This document shows positions 16,644 through 27,032 of a DNA stretch of 40,080 bases, one piece after another (the stretch's first letter is position 1; every line of letters starts with the position of its first letter). The notes beneath the pieces are model-generated. The model made no database searches, was not told where the DNA came from, and saw only the letters and a program-made list of their open reading frames with translations. The stretch comes from Deferribacterales bacterium (GTDB taxonomy: Bacteria; Chrysiogenota; Deferribacteres; Deferribacterales; Geovibrionaceae). The position numbers and the translations under genes are program-made. Location of the stretch: assembly GCA_050253335.1 (NCBI GenBank), contig JBFWJG010000018.1, positions 1 to 40,080 on the forward strand. The letters are read 5' to 3'.

Positions 16644-16879
16644 GAACAGTACCTCCATTCAAGATAAACGGGTTATTATGTAAAAACTCTTGAAACAACA
16701 TGTTTTATAATTACCAAATATGCAGAAACGAGTTAAAACATCTTTCTGAGAAAGAGTTCGGCACGCTCCGCACTTTTTTCAAAGCGCACAAAAACAGACT
16801 GCCCCGAACGGGTGTCCGCATAAAAAACTTTCAGTATAAACAGCATAAAACAAACATTATTTACCGCATCTTTACATAA

Positions 16880-16908
16880 AGGTTATCACCATATACTCAT
16901 AAGATCAA
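16880..16908 (-). promoter_or_regulatory. Candidate sigma70 promoter of the hydrogenase operon
   Basis: Minus strand TTGATC-17 bp-TAACCT with extended TG. Confidence 0.5.
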
Positions 16909-16983
16909 CGCTAACAGCGTTATATATTCCATTTTGTTTCATTGATGACAGCAATTTTTAAGACTAAAATTACGCGCGTATTT

Positions 16984-17005
16984 ATATCTTATGCTCATAA
17001 GATAT
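16984..17005. promoter_or_regulatory. Palindromic transcription-factor site candidate
   Basis: ATATCTTATG-CT-CATAAGATAT, a perfect 10-2-10 inverted repeat in a divergent intergenic region. Confidence 0.65.
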
Positions 17006-17084
17006 TGAAAGGAATGATCAATGGATCCTTGGGGTTTGAAATTTATGATTTATTCATTATATTAGTTCACTGCGGAGATCTTAT

Positions 17085-18029
17085 ATGACAAACAGATACA
17101 TTTTCGGCCCTGTTCCTTCAAGAAGGCTGGGGCGTTCCCTCGGCGTTGATGTTATACCCTCAAAAATATGCAGCCTGGACTGTGTTTACTGCGAGGTGGG
17201 AAAAACCACAGAGCTTTCCTGCGCGCGGGAGAACTACTTTAAAACTGACGATATTATCGATGAATTCCGCAGAGAATACGCCAGAGTGAAGAATTCTCTT
17301 GATGTGGTGACTATAACCGGTTCCGGCGAACCGACACTGAATAAAAATCTCGCTCAGATCGCCCGCAGAATAAAGAAAATATCTGCTCATCCGCTGGCGA
17401 TACTCACCAACAGCACCACAATCACCGACCCTGAAGTGCAGGCCGCGCTGATGCTTTTTGACATCATTGTCCCCAGTCTTGATGCCGCTTCCGCCAAAGC
17501 CTTTCAGGCGGTGAACCGCCCGGCGGCGGAACTTGACATAAAAGAAATCAACTCCGCTCTGGCGGACTTCACGCACAGGTTCGGCGGGCGGATTTATCTG
17601 GAAGTTCTTCTTGTAAAAGGGGTCAATGACTCAAAAGATGAGTTGGCGGCCATTGCGGAAGTGATCAGACAATGCAGATACGACATGGTGCAGGTGAACA
17701 CGGTTTTCCGCCCGCCCGCCTACTCCGGCACAAAAGGGCTTAATGAACAGGAACTGATTGACGCTTTTCTGTTTTTCAGAGGCTTGGGAATCAATGTTGA
17801 ACCTGTGGGCAACTTCGTGAAAGCACTGGCGGGAGGGGATGACGCAGATCTGCCGGAAAGAATAGCCGCTCTGCTGAGAATGCGCCCCTGCACTGTTAAG
17901 GATATGTGCGCCGTATTCGGAGCGGATGAAGCATCAATGGTCAAAATTATTGAAAATATGCTTAAGTCAGATCAGATTGAAGAAAAAATTTTTGAAAACG
18001 AACGTTTCTACTTCGGCAAAGCATTGTAA
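17085..18029 (+). CDS. Radical SAM protein of unknown function (COG0731-like)
   Basis: CxxxCxxC 'CSLDCVYC', 'FGPVPSRRLGRSLG', 'GSGEPTL'. Confidence 0.9.
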   Translation: MTNRYIFGPVPSRRLGRSLGVDVIPSKICSLDCVYCEVGKTTELSCARENYFKTDDIIDEFRREYARVKNSLDVVTITGSGEPTLNKNLAQIARRIKKISAHPLAILTNSTTITDPEVQAALMLFDIIVPSLDAASAKAFQAVNRPAAELDIKEINSALADFTHRFGGRIYLEVLLVKGVNDSKDELAAIAEVIRQCRYDMVQVNTVFRPPAYSGTKGLNEQELIDAFLFFRGLGINVEPVGNFVKALAGGDDADLPERIAALLRMRPCTVKDMCAVFGADEASMVKIIENMLKSDQIEEKIFENERFYFGKAL

Positions 18030-18137
18030 CTCTTTGGTATTGATACAACCCTTCAAAAACTCACCTGATCCGCAGAGAAAACATAGGCTTGTATTTTATA
18101 AGTTACAAAGAACCAGTTTCTTGGGAAAGAGTCTGAG

Positions 18138-18172
18138 AGAACCTTTCTTTTTCGTTAAAGAAAGGTTCTTTC
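18138..18172. terminator. Hairpin between convergent genes
   Basis: AGAACCTTTCTTT/AAAGAAAGGTTCT 13-bp stem. Confidence 0.6.
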
Positions 18173-18204
18173 AGGATTAAGAAGTAAAAAACATTACAAG
18201 CTTA

Positions 18205-19377
18205 TCAGACTTCTATAACGCCGAACCTGTGTCCGGTGATGCTTCTGCCGCCGTCAGGGGTGACAACGAAGGTGTTCTCCACACCGACCATCCCCAGCCC
18301 CGCTATGCCTCTTTTGGGTTCCACAGCCAGCACCATATTCTCCTCAAGGGGTTCCTCGAACCCTTCGGCAATGACAGGGTACTGATCTATATGCAGGCCG
18401 ATTCCGTGGCCGAGGAATTTCACCTTCCCAGCACCGAAGCCGTTGTATTCATTCAGAAATTCCTCACTGACGCCTTCCAGATGCTTCCTGAAAATCTCAG
18501 AAGGGAGAGCGCCTGGTCTGAGCATCGCCGCCGCCCTGTTCTGCATGTCCACGCAGATTTCATGAAACTCAAGCGCCTTGTCCGGCAAGCTTCCTATCGA
18601 ATAGATACATGTTTTGTCAGTATGATAGCCGCCCACATTGCAGCCTATATCCACAAACACGGGGGAGTTTTTCTTCAGTTTAATATGATGACTGCCGAAC
18701 AGGGGCACAGCAGGGTGCAGACCGCGGATTCCGCCCGGCCCGTCGAATGTGTTGAAATAAAGAGCGCTTTCGCCGAAGCAGAAAAGCCCAAGATGCAGCT
18801 CAGTTCCGAAGCCTCCCGTTCTTGTAACAGCGTGGTGTCCTCTGCGGAGCATCTCTCCCTGAACAAGGGCTCCGAGTTCAACCTCGCTCATTCCCTCTTT
18901 CAGTACAGAAGGAATAAACTCCTCAAGAACACTCCGGTGGATCTCACCGCACGTTTCCATGAGTTTAAGCTCCGCCTCCGACTTAACTGCCATGGTTTTT
19001 GCAATGGCAGCGTCAGCAGGCTTAACTGCATCAAATGTGAAATATTTTGTGAAACGTTCAAAATGGGCGAGGGGAATTTTTTCCATATCGCAGTAAAGTG
19101 TTCCGCCGCTTTTGAGCTTAAGTTCCCTGAAGCTTTTGAAAGGAGTTATTTCAGGAAATGCTGATTCCTCCACCGCTCTTTCAAAACTGCGGCGGACATA
19201 AAAAACGGCCGTGCCCTCACGGGGGATGACAAGCACGCCGTTCTGCAAAGTTCCTGTAAAATAGTAATTGTTCAATCTGTCCATGAGGACTGCTTTTTCC
19301 CAGCCCGCATCCTGCTTAGTGAGGTTAGTTTTGAATTTTTCCAGCCTATGAGCAAGTTCTTCGTGCGTAAATTTCAT
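18205..19377 (-). CDS. M24-family (Xaa-Pro) metallopeptidase
   Basis: Metal ligands in 'VDIG..GGYHTDKT', 'GHGIGL', 'AVEPK', 'VGVEN'. Confidence 0.9.
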   Translation of the reverse strand: MKFTHEELAHRLEKFKTNLTKQDAGWEKAVLMDRLNNYYFTGTLQNGVLVIPREGTAVFYVRRSFERAVEESAFPEITPFKSFRELKLKSGGTLYCDMEKIPLAHFERFTKYFTFDAVKPADAAIAKTMAVKSEAELKLMETCGEIHRSVLEEFIPSVLKEGMSEVELGALVQGEMLRRGHHAVTRTGGFGTELHLGLFCFGESALYFNTFDGPGGIRGLHPAVPLFGSHHIKLKKNSPVFVDIGCNVGGYHTDKTCIYSIGSLPDKALEFHEICVDMQNRAAAMLRPGALPSEIFRKHLEGVSEEFLNEYNGFGAGKVKFLGHGIGLHIDQYPVIAEGFEEPLEENMVLAVEPKRGIAGLGMVGVENTFVVTPDGGRSITGHRFGVIEV

Positions 19378-20339
19378 TAAAGCAGCTCCTCCAGCGATAT
19401 ATTCTTTGTTTTAAGCAAGTTTCTTAATTTGCTGAGAACTCTTTTCTCTATCTGGCGTACCCTTTCACGGGTTATGCCCAAGTCTCCGCCTATGGCCTCC
19501 AGGGTTTCGGGATCGTTACCACTGAGCCCGTAGCGGCGTATTATTATCTCTCTCTCATTGTCACTCAAAAATGTGAGCCACTTGAAGATAGTGTCTTTTT
19601 TGCTTTCAGACTCTATTTTCATATAAGGGTCGAGATATTTTTCATCGTCAGCTATAAACTCATGCAGAGTGCTGCTTTCATCGCCGCCCACAGGCATATC
19701 AAGGGAAGTGTCCTGTTTGATGGCGTCAAAAACTTTTTTAAGTGCGGAAAGAGGCATCTTTGCCGCTGTGGATATTTCAAGGATAGAAGGCTCACGCCCG
19801 AATTTCTGCTGCAAATCAGCCTGAACTTTCAGCACCTTACTGATATTTTCAGACATATGAACAGGTATTCTCACCATGCGGCACTGGTTGATTATGGCAC
19901 GCTCAATAGCCTGCCGTATCCACCATGTTGCGTATGTGCTGAACTTAAACCCTTTGGTATAGTCGAACTTTTCCACTGCTTTAAGAAGTCCGATATTCCC
20001 TTCTTCAACAAGGTCAACAAGAGTCATGCCTCTGTTGATGTACTTTTTTGCTATGGAAACAACAAGGCGCAGATTGCACTTTATCATCATTTCCTTAGCC
20101 GCCCTGTCGGACTGTTCTATCCCTTTTGCGAGATCGACTTCCTCTTCTCTCGTCAGGACAGGATAACGTGAAATTTCGTTAAGATATATTTTGAAAACTT
20201 CTAAATCTTCAGAATTATAGTCGGGCTTTATGTCCTCAACCTCGACTTCCACCTGAAGCTGTTCTTCTTCAATGTCGATTTCGACATCAGCTTCGTCAAT
20301 TTCAGGCATACTCTTCTGCAGTAAATCATCGTTGATCAT
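19377..20339 (-). CDS. rpoS: Sigma-70 group 2 (RpoS-like) sigma factor
   Basis: Region 1.2 '[14 protein letters not shown]', region 2 '[26 protein letters not shown]', region 4 'TRERVRQIE'; no region 1.1; downstream of pcm. Confidence 0.78.
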   Translation of the reverse strand: MINDDLLQKSMPEIDEADVEIDIEEEQLQVEVEVEDIKPDYNSEDLEVFKIYLNEISRYPVLTREEEVDLAKGIEQSDRAAKEMMIKCNLRLVVSIAKKYINRGMTLVDLVEEGNIGLLKAVEKFDYTKGFKFSTYATWWIRQAIERAIINQCRMVRIPVHMSENISKVLKVQADLQQKFGREPSILEISTAAKMPLSALKKVFDAIKQDTSLDMPVGGDESSTLHEFIADDEKYLDPYMKIESESKKDTIFKWLTFLSDNEREIIIRRYGLSGNDPETLEAIGGDLGITRERVRQIEKRVLSKLRNLLKTKNISLEELL

Positions 20340-20680
20340 AATCGCTCCATAAAAAATAAAATAAAAACATGATCAATACTGTTCAGTCGCGAACCGTTAC
20401 AATAGTGAGATCGCACACTATTTTTAATACACAGAACGTGACAAACACTGCCGATAGACTCAGGCAAAGCACTAGCAGAAATTCTGAAAATTTCAACCTA
20501 ACTTCGCTTGACAAGTAATAATTTAACACAGTTCTATTGAAATGGGAAGGGGAAAATTACCATAAAGATAGATTTGATCCGATTTAACAAAGATCAGACA
20601 TGGGTTTGATACACAAAAGAAATTAAAACATATTAAACGCAAACTACAAAAACCTCTGCTGTCTAAAGAAAAATAATGTT

Positions 20681-21298
20681 CTATTTTCCGCAAACAAAAT
20701 CAACAAAGCTGCAGTCAGCAATTTTGCGCTGTCGTATCTCGTCATTTTCTTTAACAACCTCAATAATTGAGCCGTCAAGAGGGATAAGCATTATGCCGCC
20801 TTCTGCAAGCTGGGCTATAAGCTCCTGCGGAAGATTTTTTGCTTCTGCCGTAGCTATTATCCTGTCATAAGGACCATTTTCCGCCCAGCCGAGATTTCCG
20901 TCATCCAGCTTAAACTTAATATTATAAATACGCATTTTGTGAATGATACCCATAGCTCTGCGGTAAAGCTCAGGTATTCTCTCCACTGTGTACACTCTTG
21001 CGCAAAGCCTGCTGAGTATCGCAGCCTGAAAGCCTGAACCGCTGCCTATTTCAAGCACTCGATGGTTAGGCTCAAGCTGCAGGGCTCTGGTCATCAGCGC
21101 CACAGTGGACGGTTTCGAAATTGTCTGTCCGAACCCGATGGGCAAAGCATCATCCGCATATGGACGGCGGCACATTGCCTCATCTATAAATTTTGCACGG
21201 GGGGTTTTGAGAAAAGCCTCAAGAATCTTTCTGTCATTTCCGCAGGCAGGAGCGACAATGTCCGTTATGAAGCTCTGGGGTATAAGGTCTCTGTGCAT
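20681..21298 (-). CDS. pcm: Protein-L-isoaspartate O-methyltransferase
   Basis: 'ALPIGFGQTISKP', 'VLEIGSGSGFQAA', 'PYDRII'. Confidence 0.93.
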   Translation of the reverse strand: MHRDLIPQSFITDIVAPACGNDRKILEAFLKTPRAKFIDEAMCRRPYADDALPIGFGQTISKPSTVALMTRALQLEPNHRVLEIGSGSGFQAAILSRLCARVYTVERIPELYRRAMGIIHKMRIYNIKFKLDDGNLGWAENGPYDRIIATAEAKNLPQELIAQLAEGGIMLIPLDGSIIEVVKENDEIRQRKIADCSFVDFVCGK

Positions 21299-22176
21299 TA
21301 TTCCACTATCTGCGTGCCGATGCCTGATGTAGTAAACATCTCAAGCAGCACAGAGTGCTGAACACGCCCGTCTATTATATGTGCTTTTTTAACGCCGCCC
21401 CTTACTGCTTCTGCGGCGCAGTCAACCTTTGGTATCATTCCGCCGGTAACTACTTCGTCTATTTTCATTTTATCAATATCATCAAGGTGGATGGTTGAGA
21501 TGCGTTTTTTGTCCTTGTCCATAACGTAAGGTACATCCGTGAGCAAAACAAGCTTCTCTGCCTTAAGAGCAGCGGCTATACTGCCTGCGACAAGGTCGGC
21601 GTTGATGTTGTAAGCCTCGTAATCATCGCCCACACCCACAGGGGCAATTACCGGAATATAGCTGTCCGCAAGCCTTTCAAGAACGCCGACGTTCACATCC
21701 TTAACCTTTCCGACATGCCCAAGGTCTATTATTTCCGGTGTTCTTATGAAGGTGGGGTCATCTTCAAGGCGGAGCTTTTCCGCACGGATAAGGTTTCCGT
21801 CCTTGCCGGAAAGACCTATGGCAACACCGCCGTTTTTATTTATCATTCTTACGATATCTTTATTAATCTTGCCCGCCAGAACCATTTCAACAACATTCAT
21901 AGTTTCGGCGTCTGTGACTCTCATTCCGGAAACAAATTCGGTCTTTATATTAAGCTTTTTCAGCATATCGCCTATCTGCGGACCGCCGCCATGGACAATC
22001 ACAGGGCGTATGCCGATATATTTCATAAGCACTATGTCATTGGCAAAGCTGAGTTTAAGCTGATCATCCACCATTGCATGACCGCCATATTTTATAACAA
22101 TAGTTTTGCCGTAAAATTTCTGAATATAGGGCAGTGCCTCTATCAGCACATCCGCTTTTCTAATGAGTTCTTCCAT
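21298..22176 (-). CDS. argB: Acetylglutamate kinase
   Basis: 'VIKYGGHAM', 'VHGGGPQI', 'NINAD', 'GGMIPKV'; start moved to ATG 22176. Confidence 0.96.
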   Translation of the reverse strand: MEELIRKADVLIEALPYIQKFYGKTIVIKYGGHAMVDDQLKLSFANDIVLMKYIGIRPVIVHGGGPQIGDMLKKLNIKTEFVSGMRVTDAETMNVVEMVLAGKINKDIVRMINKNGGVAIGLSGKDGNLIRAEKLRLEDDPTFIRTPEIIDLGHVGKVKDVNVGVLERLADSYIPVIAPVGVGDDYEAYNINADLVAGSIAAALKAEKLVLLTDVPYVMDKDKKRISTIHLDDIDKMKIDEVVTGGMIPKVDCAAEAVRGGVKKAHIIDGRVQHSVLLEMFTTSGIGTQIVE

Positions 22177-22297
22177 CTTTTCTCTCCGGAACAAAACTGA
22201 GCGGGAATCCCCATGTATAAACCGAAAACGGCGCAGAATAAAGCAAATTTATGCGCCGGTGCTTACAGGGCGTCCTGCCGGACGGGGCAACTCCCCC

Positions 22298-24121
22298 TTA
22301 CTCCACAGTAACAGATTTTGCGAGGTTCCTCGGCTGGTCGACATCAAGGCCGAGAAGATTTGCGCAGTGGTAGGCGAATATCTGCGTTGCCGTCACCGTG
22401 AGGAAAACAGAAAGCTCCTCAGGCACATCGGGAACCTCGATTACATGATCCGCCTTTCCGGCAAGTTCGGTATCGCCTTCGGTGACAATGGCTATGACTA
22501 TGCCGTCCCTCGCCTTAACCTCCTCGACATTTGAGGCGGTTTTGTCATAAACAGAGCCCTTCACCGCTATGACAAACACAGGCAGTTCGCTGTCTATCAG
22601 CGCTATGGGGCCGTGCTTCATTTCCCCAGCGGGGTAGCCTTCGGCGTGGATATATGAGATCTCCTTGAGCTTGAGCGCACCCTCCAGAGCTATGGGATAG
22701 TTTACGTTTCTGCCCAGATAAAGGAAGTCGGAGGCATCCTTATATTTCTTTGCCAGATCTTCTATCTCGCTGTCCAGCCTGAGAACATGCTCAAGCTTAT
22801 CGGGTATGCTCACAAGTTCCTTCAGAAATTCCCTGCTCTCTCCGGCGCTCATTGTTCCCCTCTGTCTGCCAAGATACATGGCAAACAGAAACAGGCTCGC
22901 CACCTGAGTGGTGAAAGCCTTTGTGGAGGCAACACCTATCTCAGGCCCTGCGTGAGTGTATATCACGCTGTGGGATTCCCTTGCGATGGATGAGCCCACC
23001 ACGTTGCATATGGAAACAACCTTCGCCCCCATCTTCTTCACCATGCGCATGGCGGAAAGAGTGTCTGCCGTTTCCCCGGACTGGCTGATGGCGACAAAAA
23101 GCAGTTTTTCATCCGCTATCAAGTCCCTGTAGCGGTATTCGGAGGCTATATCCACCTCAACGGGGATACGGGCAAACTTCTCTATATAAAACTTGCCCAC
23201 AAGCCCTGCGTGCCAGCTTGTTCCGCAGGCGACTATGACTATCCGGTTTATGTCCTTCAGCGACTCTTTAAGGTCTTTGGACAGATCAAAGAACACATCG
23301 CCTGATTCCAGGCTGTATTTTCCCCTGATCGTGTCTATCAGCGCTCTGGGCTGTTCGTTTATCTCTTTCTGCATGAAGTGGCGGTAACCGGCCTTCTCCG
23401 CCATGACGGGGTTCCAGTCTATATTTTTCACTTCCCTGTCAACGGCGTTTCCTTCGCAGTCGTATATGGTGTAGCCGTTTCTGGTTATCACGGCCACATC
23501 GCCGTCCTCAAGGAAAACGAATGTGCGGGTGTGGCTCAGCACAGCGGGAATATCGCTCGCGGCGAACATCTCGCCGCTGCCCACGCCGAGGACAAGCGGG
23601 CTGTCTTTTCTGGCGACTATAACCTTGTCCGGCTCTTTTTCTGAAATAACACCGAGGGCGTATGAGCCTTTCAGTTCCGCCAGCGCCGCCTGAACAGCCT
23701 TGAGCAGATCGCCTTCGTAAACGGATTCTATGAGGTGGGCTATCACCTCCGTATCTGTTTCAGATTTGAAGCTGAAGCCTTCTTTCGCGAGCTTCTCTTT
23801 AAGCTGAAGGTAGTTCTCGATTATGCCGTTATGAACAAGGGAGATATACTTCGATTTATGCGGATGAGCATTCTCGAAGGAGGGTTTGCCGTGGGTTGCC
23901 CAGCGTGTGTGCCCTATGCCCGCGGTTGCCTTGAAGTCCCTGTCCTTCAGCGCTTCCTTGAGGTTGATAAGCTTGCCCACACTGCGGGTTATCTCGATGA
24001 CGCCGTCCTCCAGAAGGCAGAGCCCCGCAGAGTCATACCCTCTGTATTCCAGTCTGGAAAGACCTTCCAGAAGAACGTTAGATGCCTTTGAATTCCCTAT
24101 ATATCCTACGATTCCGCACAT
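22298..24121 (-). CDS. glmS: Glutamine--fructose-6-phosphate transaminase
   Basis: 'MCGIVG', 'GHTRWATHG', 'SQSGETADT', 'PRNLAKSVTVE'. Confidence 0.98.
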   Translation of the reverse strand: MCGIVGYIGNSKASNVLLEGLSRLEYRGYDSAGLCLLEDGVIEITRSVGKLINLKEALKDRDFKATAGIGHTRWATHGKPSFENAHPHKSKYISLVHNGIIENYLQLKEKLAKEGFSFKSETDTEVIAHLIESVYEGDLLKAVQAALAELKGSYALGVISEKEPDKVIVARKDSPLVLGVGSGEMFAASDIPAVLSHTRTFVFLEDGDVAVITRNGYTIYDCEGNAVDREVKNIDWNPVMAEKAGYRHFMQKEINEQPRALIDTIRGKYSLESGDVFFDLSKDLKESLKDINRIVIVACGTSWHAGLVGKFYIEKFARIPVEVDIASEYRYRDLIADEKLLFVAISQSGETADTLSAMRMVKKMGAKVVSICNVVGSSIARESHSVIYTHAGPEIGVASTKAFTTQVASLFLFAMYLGRQRGTMSAGESREFLKELVSIPDKLEHVLRLDSEIEDLAKKYKDASDFLYLGRNVNYPIALEGALKLKEISYIHAEGYPAGEMKHGPIALIDSELPVFVIAVKGSVYDKTASNVEEVKARDGIVIAIVTEGDTELAGKADHVIEVPDVPEELSVFLTVTATQIFAYHCANLLGLDVDQPRNLAKSVTVE

Positions 24122-24188
24122 ATTTTTACCTTTCCTTATAATTAATAATCAGAAATCCGCACACTCTGCCGGATTCTGATACACGGCT

Positions 24189-25544
24189 TTATTTCTTCTT
24201 TGTACTCTTCCAGCGGGAAACCCAGCCTTCCTTGATCTTCATGTCCGCCCTTGTCATGGCGAGAGCGTCTGCGGGCACATCCTTTGTGATCGTGGAGCCC
24301 GCCGCCAGAAGAGCGCCTCTGCCTATCTTCACAGGGGCAACAAGCTGAACATCGCTCCCCACAAAAACACCGTCTTCTATGACAGTCTTATACTTCTTTA
24401 TCCCGTCATAGTTACAGGTAATTGTACCGCAGCCTATATTAACATCTCTTCCGATCTCAGCATCACCGAGGTAGGTCAGGTGGCTTGCCTTGCTCCCCAG
24501 CCCCATGAACGCTTTTTTTGTTTCCACAAAGTTGCCTATCTTATTATCACCCTCAAGCTCAGTACCCGGGCGGAGCTGAGCCATAGGCCCCACTGAGCTT
24601 CCCGCGCCTACCTTGCTTTCGGTTATATAGCAGTTGTCCCTGATTTCGCAGTTTTCGCCGATAACGGAATCCGTTATGCGGCAGCCGGACATGATCACAC
24701 TTCCGGTTTTTATTGTATTTTTCCCGTGGAGATAAACATTGGGGTATATCTCCGCATCATTTTCTATTTCGGTTTCTTCATCGGCATAAAACGTATCGGG
24801 ATCGAGTATGCTGACCCCCTGCTCCATGAACTTTATCGCACGGCGTTTCCAGAGAACTTTTGCGCTTTCCGCAAGCTGAACACGGTTGTTCACGCCTAAG
24901 AACTCATTCTCGTCCTCAGCCTTGTATGCGAATGCGCCTTCTCTCACTATATCTGTAAGATAAAACTCGTTCTGGGCGTTATCGCTTCCCACGCGGGAAA
25001 GCCTGTCCAGCAGAACGGCTGAATCACAGAAGTATATTCCGGTGTTTATCTCGTTTATTCTCTTTTCCTGATCGTTTGCGTCCTTTTCCTCTACTATCTT
25101 AATGACGGAGCCGCCGCCTCCCCTGACCACACGCCCGTAGCCCGCAGGGTTTTTCACGCTGACGCTTATGAAGCTCACCGGATGTGCCTCTGCTGTTTCC
25201 ATAAACTTCTTCAGGGTTTCAGCCCTCACAAGGGGCATATCCCCGCAGAGGATAAGCACACGCCCGCCGTGATTCTGTATGACGGCTTTCGCCGCCAGAA
25301 CCGCATCCGCCGTTCCGCGCTGACTCTCCTGAAGGCTGAAGGAGGCTCTTTCGCCCACATGGGTTTTCACATCCTCCGCGCCGCTGCCCACGACAATGTT
25401 CACCTCATCCGCACCGCAGGCGGAGGCAGCATCTATAACATAATCTATCATCGGCTTTCCGGCTGATTCGAAAAGAACCTTAGGTTTTGAGGATTTCATG
25501 CGGGTTCCCTTGCCCGCAGCGAGGATAAGAGCGAGAATTTTCAT
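24189..25544 (-). CDS. glmU: Bifunctional UDP-GlcNAc pyrophosphorylase/GlcN-1-P acetyltransferase
   Basis: 'LAAGKGTRMKS', 'GYGRVVR', 'IGNFVETK', 'HLTYLGDA', 'TCNYDG'. Confidence 0.97.
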   Translation of the reverse strand: MKILALILAAGKGTRMKSSKPKVLFESAGKPMIDYVIDAASACGADEVNIVVGSGAEDVKTHVGERASFSLQESQRGTADAVLAAKAVIQNHGGRVLILCGDMPLVRAETLKKFMETAEAHPVSFISVSVKNPAGYGRVVRGGGGSVIKIVEEKDANDQEKRINEINTGIYFCDSAVLLDRLSRVGSDNAQNEFYLTDIVREGAFAYKAEDENEFLGVNNRVQLAESAKVLWKRRAIKFMEQGVSILDPDTFYADEETEIENDAEIYPNVYLHGKNTIKTGSVIMSGCRITDSVIGENCEIRDNCYITESKVGAGSSVGPMAQLRPGTELEGDNKIGNFVETKKAFMGLGSKASHLTYLGDAEIGRDVNIGCGTITCNYDGIKKYKTVIEDGVFVGSDVQLVAPVKIGRGALLAAGSTITKDVPADALAMTRADMKIKEGWVSRWKSTKKK

Positions 25545-25635
25545 TATTTCACCGTATAAAAAGCAATAGATAAGAGTTTAGGCAAATGGAACAGAAAAAT
25601 CAATTGTGGAATATAATTGACAGTGTATACAGAAG

Positions 25636-26067
25636 CTATTCGTCGTCATACTCTTTGAGATAACCGAACTCAACCTCTGCCTTTTCCTCGCTCCCCGTTC
25701 TCTGAACCCTGAGTTTGATAAGATAAAGCTCGTTGTAGTTGTTGTTGAACCTTTCGCATTTGAATGAGGTCACCTCGACAGTGTGGGTTTCCGTGTCCTC
25801 ATCGTAAGGGGACAGATAATCGTTTACATCTCCCAGATCGGAATCGCAGTCGATATGCCCGAAGCCCACTTTCTCGTTATAAACCCCTGCTATCAGAAAC
25901 TCGGAGGCGCCTTTTGCGATCTCAAGGGAGCTCTTGTAGGACTCCACAGATGCCGATGTCCGTGAACCGGACTGAACAAAGTATATCAGGGCGCTGATGA
26001 AAGCCAGCGCGACTGCGGAAAGCACAAGTGTTGTGATCAGCGAGAAGCCCTTGTTATCAATTCTCAT
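25636..26067 (-). CDS. PilX-like minor pilin
   Basis: Class III signal 'KG|FSLITTL' lacking Glu+5, as is typical of PilX/GspK; follows the PilW-like gene. Confidence 0.75.
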   Translation of the reverse strand: MRIDNKGFSLITTLVLSAVALAFISALIYFVQSGSRTSASVESYKSSLEIAKGASEFLIAGVYNEKVGFGHIDCDSDLGDVNDYLSPYDEDTETHTVEVTSFKCERFNNNYNELYLIKLRVQRTGSEEKAEVEFGYLKEYDDE

Positions 26068-27031
26068 ATTTCTTTCCTATGTTGTATGTGCGGGCATCAA
26101 TTGTCATTATGTTCCAGCGGTAGTTCCTGCCGTCTGCGGGGAGTGGGAATATCACACGGTCGAGAAGATTGTCTTCTGCGTCAAAATCCAGATCTTTTGT
26201 CATATTATCCGCGCCGAAATTAAAATTACGGTCAAACTGGCCTTCCTGAACCAGAACATAGACAATCAGCCTGCGGAGACTGAAAAAGCTGTCTTCGTCT
26301 CCTGCGGCGGTGATGTTGTCAACAGTATCGTAAACTATGCTGCCCCCGTCCTCATATCCGGCAAAAACCCGCCATCCGGCAGCACAGTCCACAAGCGGGA
26401 GGCTGTTCCTGCACAAAACAGATGTGTTGGGGCTGCACCTTGCGCTTCTGTCCGGAGTTCCGTCGCCGTTGCAGTCATCCGCAAGCCTGTAGCTGATCGT
26501 TATGTATTTATCCGCCGCCGCTGGATCGTATGGATAGCCCATTGCATAGTAATAGTCTGCGGCGGTTACGGAGCCTTCGCTATAGCTTATCTCCCTGTTG
26601 TTCAGGGAGCTGATCACCTTCAGCCCGCCGTAAGGGTTTGAGCCGAGCCCGCCGCTTGAGTTGTCGGCTTCGCAGGTGATGTTGCTGGCATTGTCCGATT
26701 CGCATTTAAGAAGAGCCCAGCCGTGTGTCCTCGGGTCGAGCCTGTCGTAGGTGGTGCGGATCGAAAATGTGCCGTTGTCCCATCCGATGGGATAAAGGTC
26801 GTCCGTTGTTCCCGTCACCTTCTCCTCGTCCGCAAGCCCGAAACCGGTATTCACCAGATCCGTGCGGAGGATCTCAGAGTTTATCATCCCTTCCACTATG
26901 GATTCGGTTATCTTGGACTGGGTTTTCGAACCGGAATAAAGATTTATGTATGTGGCGTAGAGAGCCGTTATCAGCACTCCGGAAATCACCATGACAACAA
27001 GAAGCTCAATGAGCGAGAAGCCCTTTTTCAT
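26057..27031 (-). CDS. PilW-like minor pilin
   Basis: 'KKG|FSLIELLVVM', 324 aa, 'ILRTDLVNTGFG'. Confidence 0.82.
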   Translation of the reverse strand: MKKGFSLIELLVVMVISGVLITALYATYINLYSGSKTQSKITESIVEGMINSEILRTDLVNTGFGLADEEKVTGTTDDLYPIGWDNGTFSIRTTYDRLDPRTHGWALLKCESDNASNITCEADNSSGGLGSNPYGGLKVISSLNNREISYSEGSVTAADYYYAMGYPYDPAAADKYITISYRLADDCNGDGTPDRSARCSPNTSVLCRNSLPLVDCAAGWRVFAGYEDGGSIVYDTVDNITAAGDEDSFFSLRRLIVYVLVQEGQFDRNFNFGADNMTKDLDFDAEDNLLDRVIFPLPADGRNYRWNIMTIDARTYNIGKKYEN

Positions 27032-27032
27032 A

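Noticed and set aside
16942..16955. FNR-like site TTGATGACAGCAAT near the hydrogenase
   Set aside because: The second half-site and spacing do not fit TTGAT-N4-ATCAA.
18229..19164. Long antisense ORFs (this 311-aa one, also 5904-6626, 7349-8095, 15627-16334, 25997-26641)
   Set aside because: Shadows of well-supported genes on the opposite strand, with no recognisable motifs.
24122..24188. glmS ribozyme upstream of glmS
   Set aside because: The spacer is only 67 bp and holds one simple hairpin (24148-24180) with no ribozyme core.
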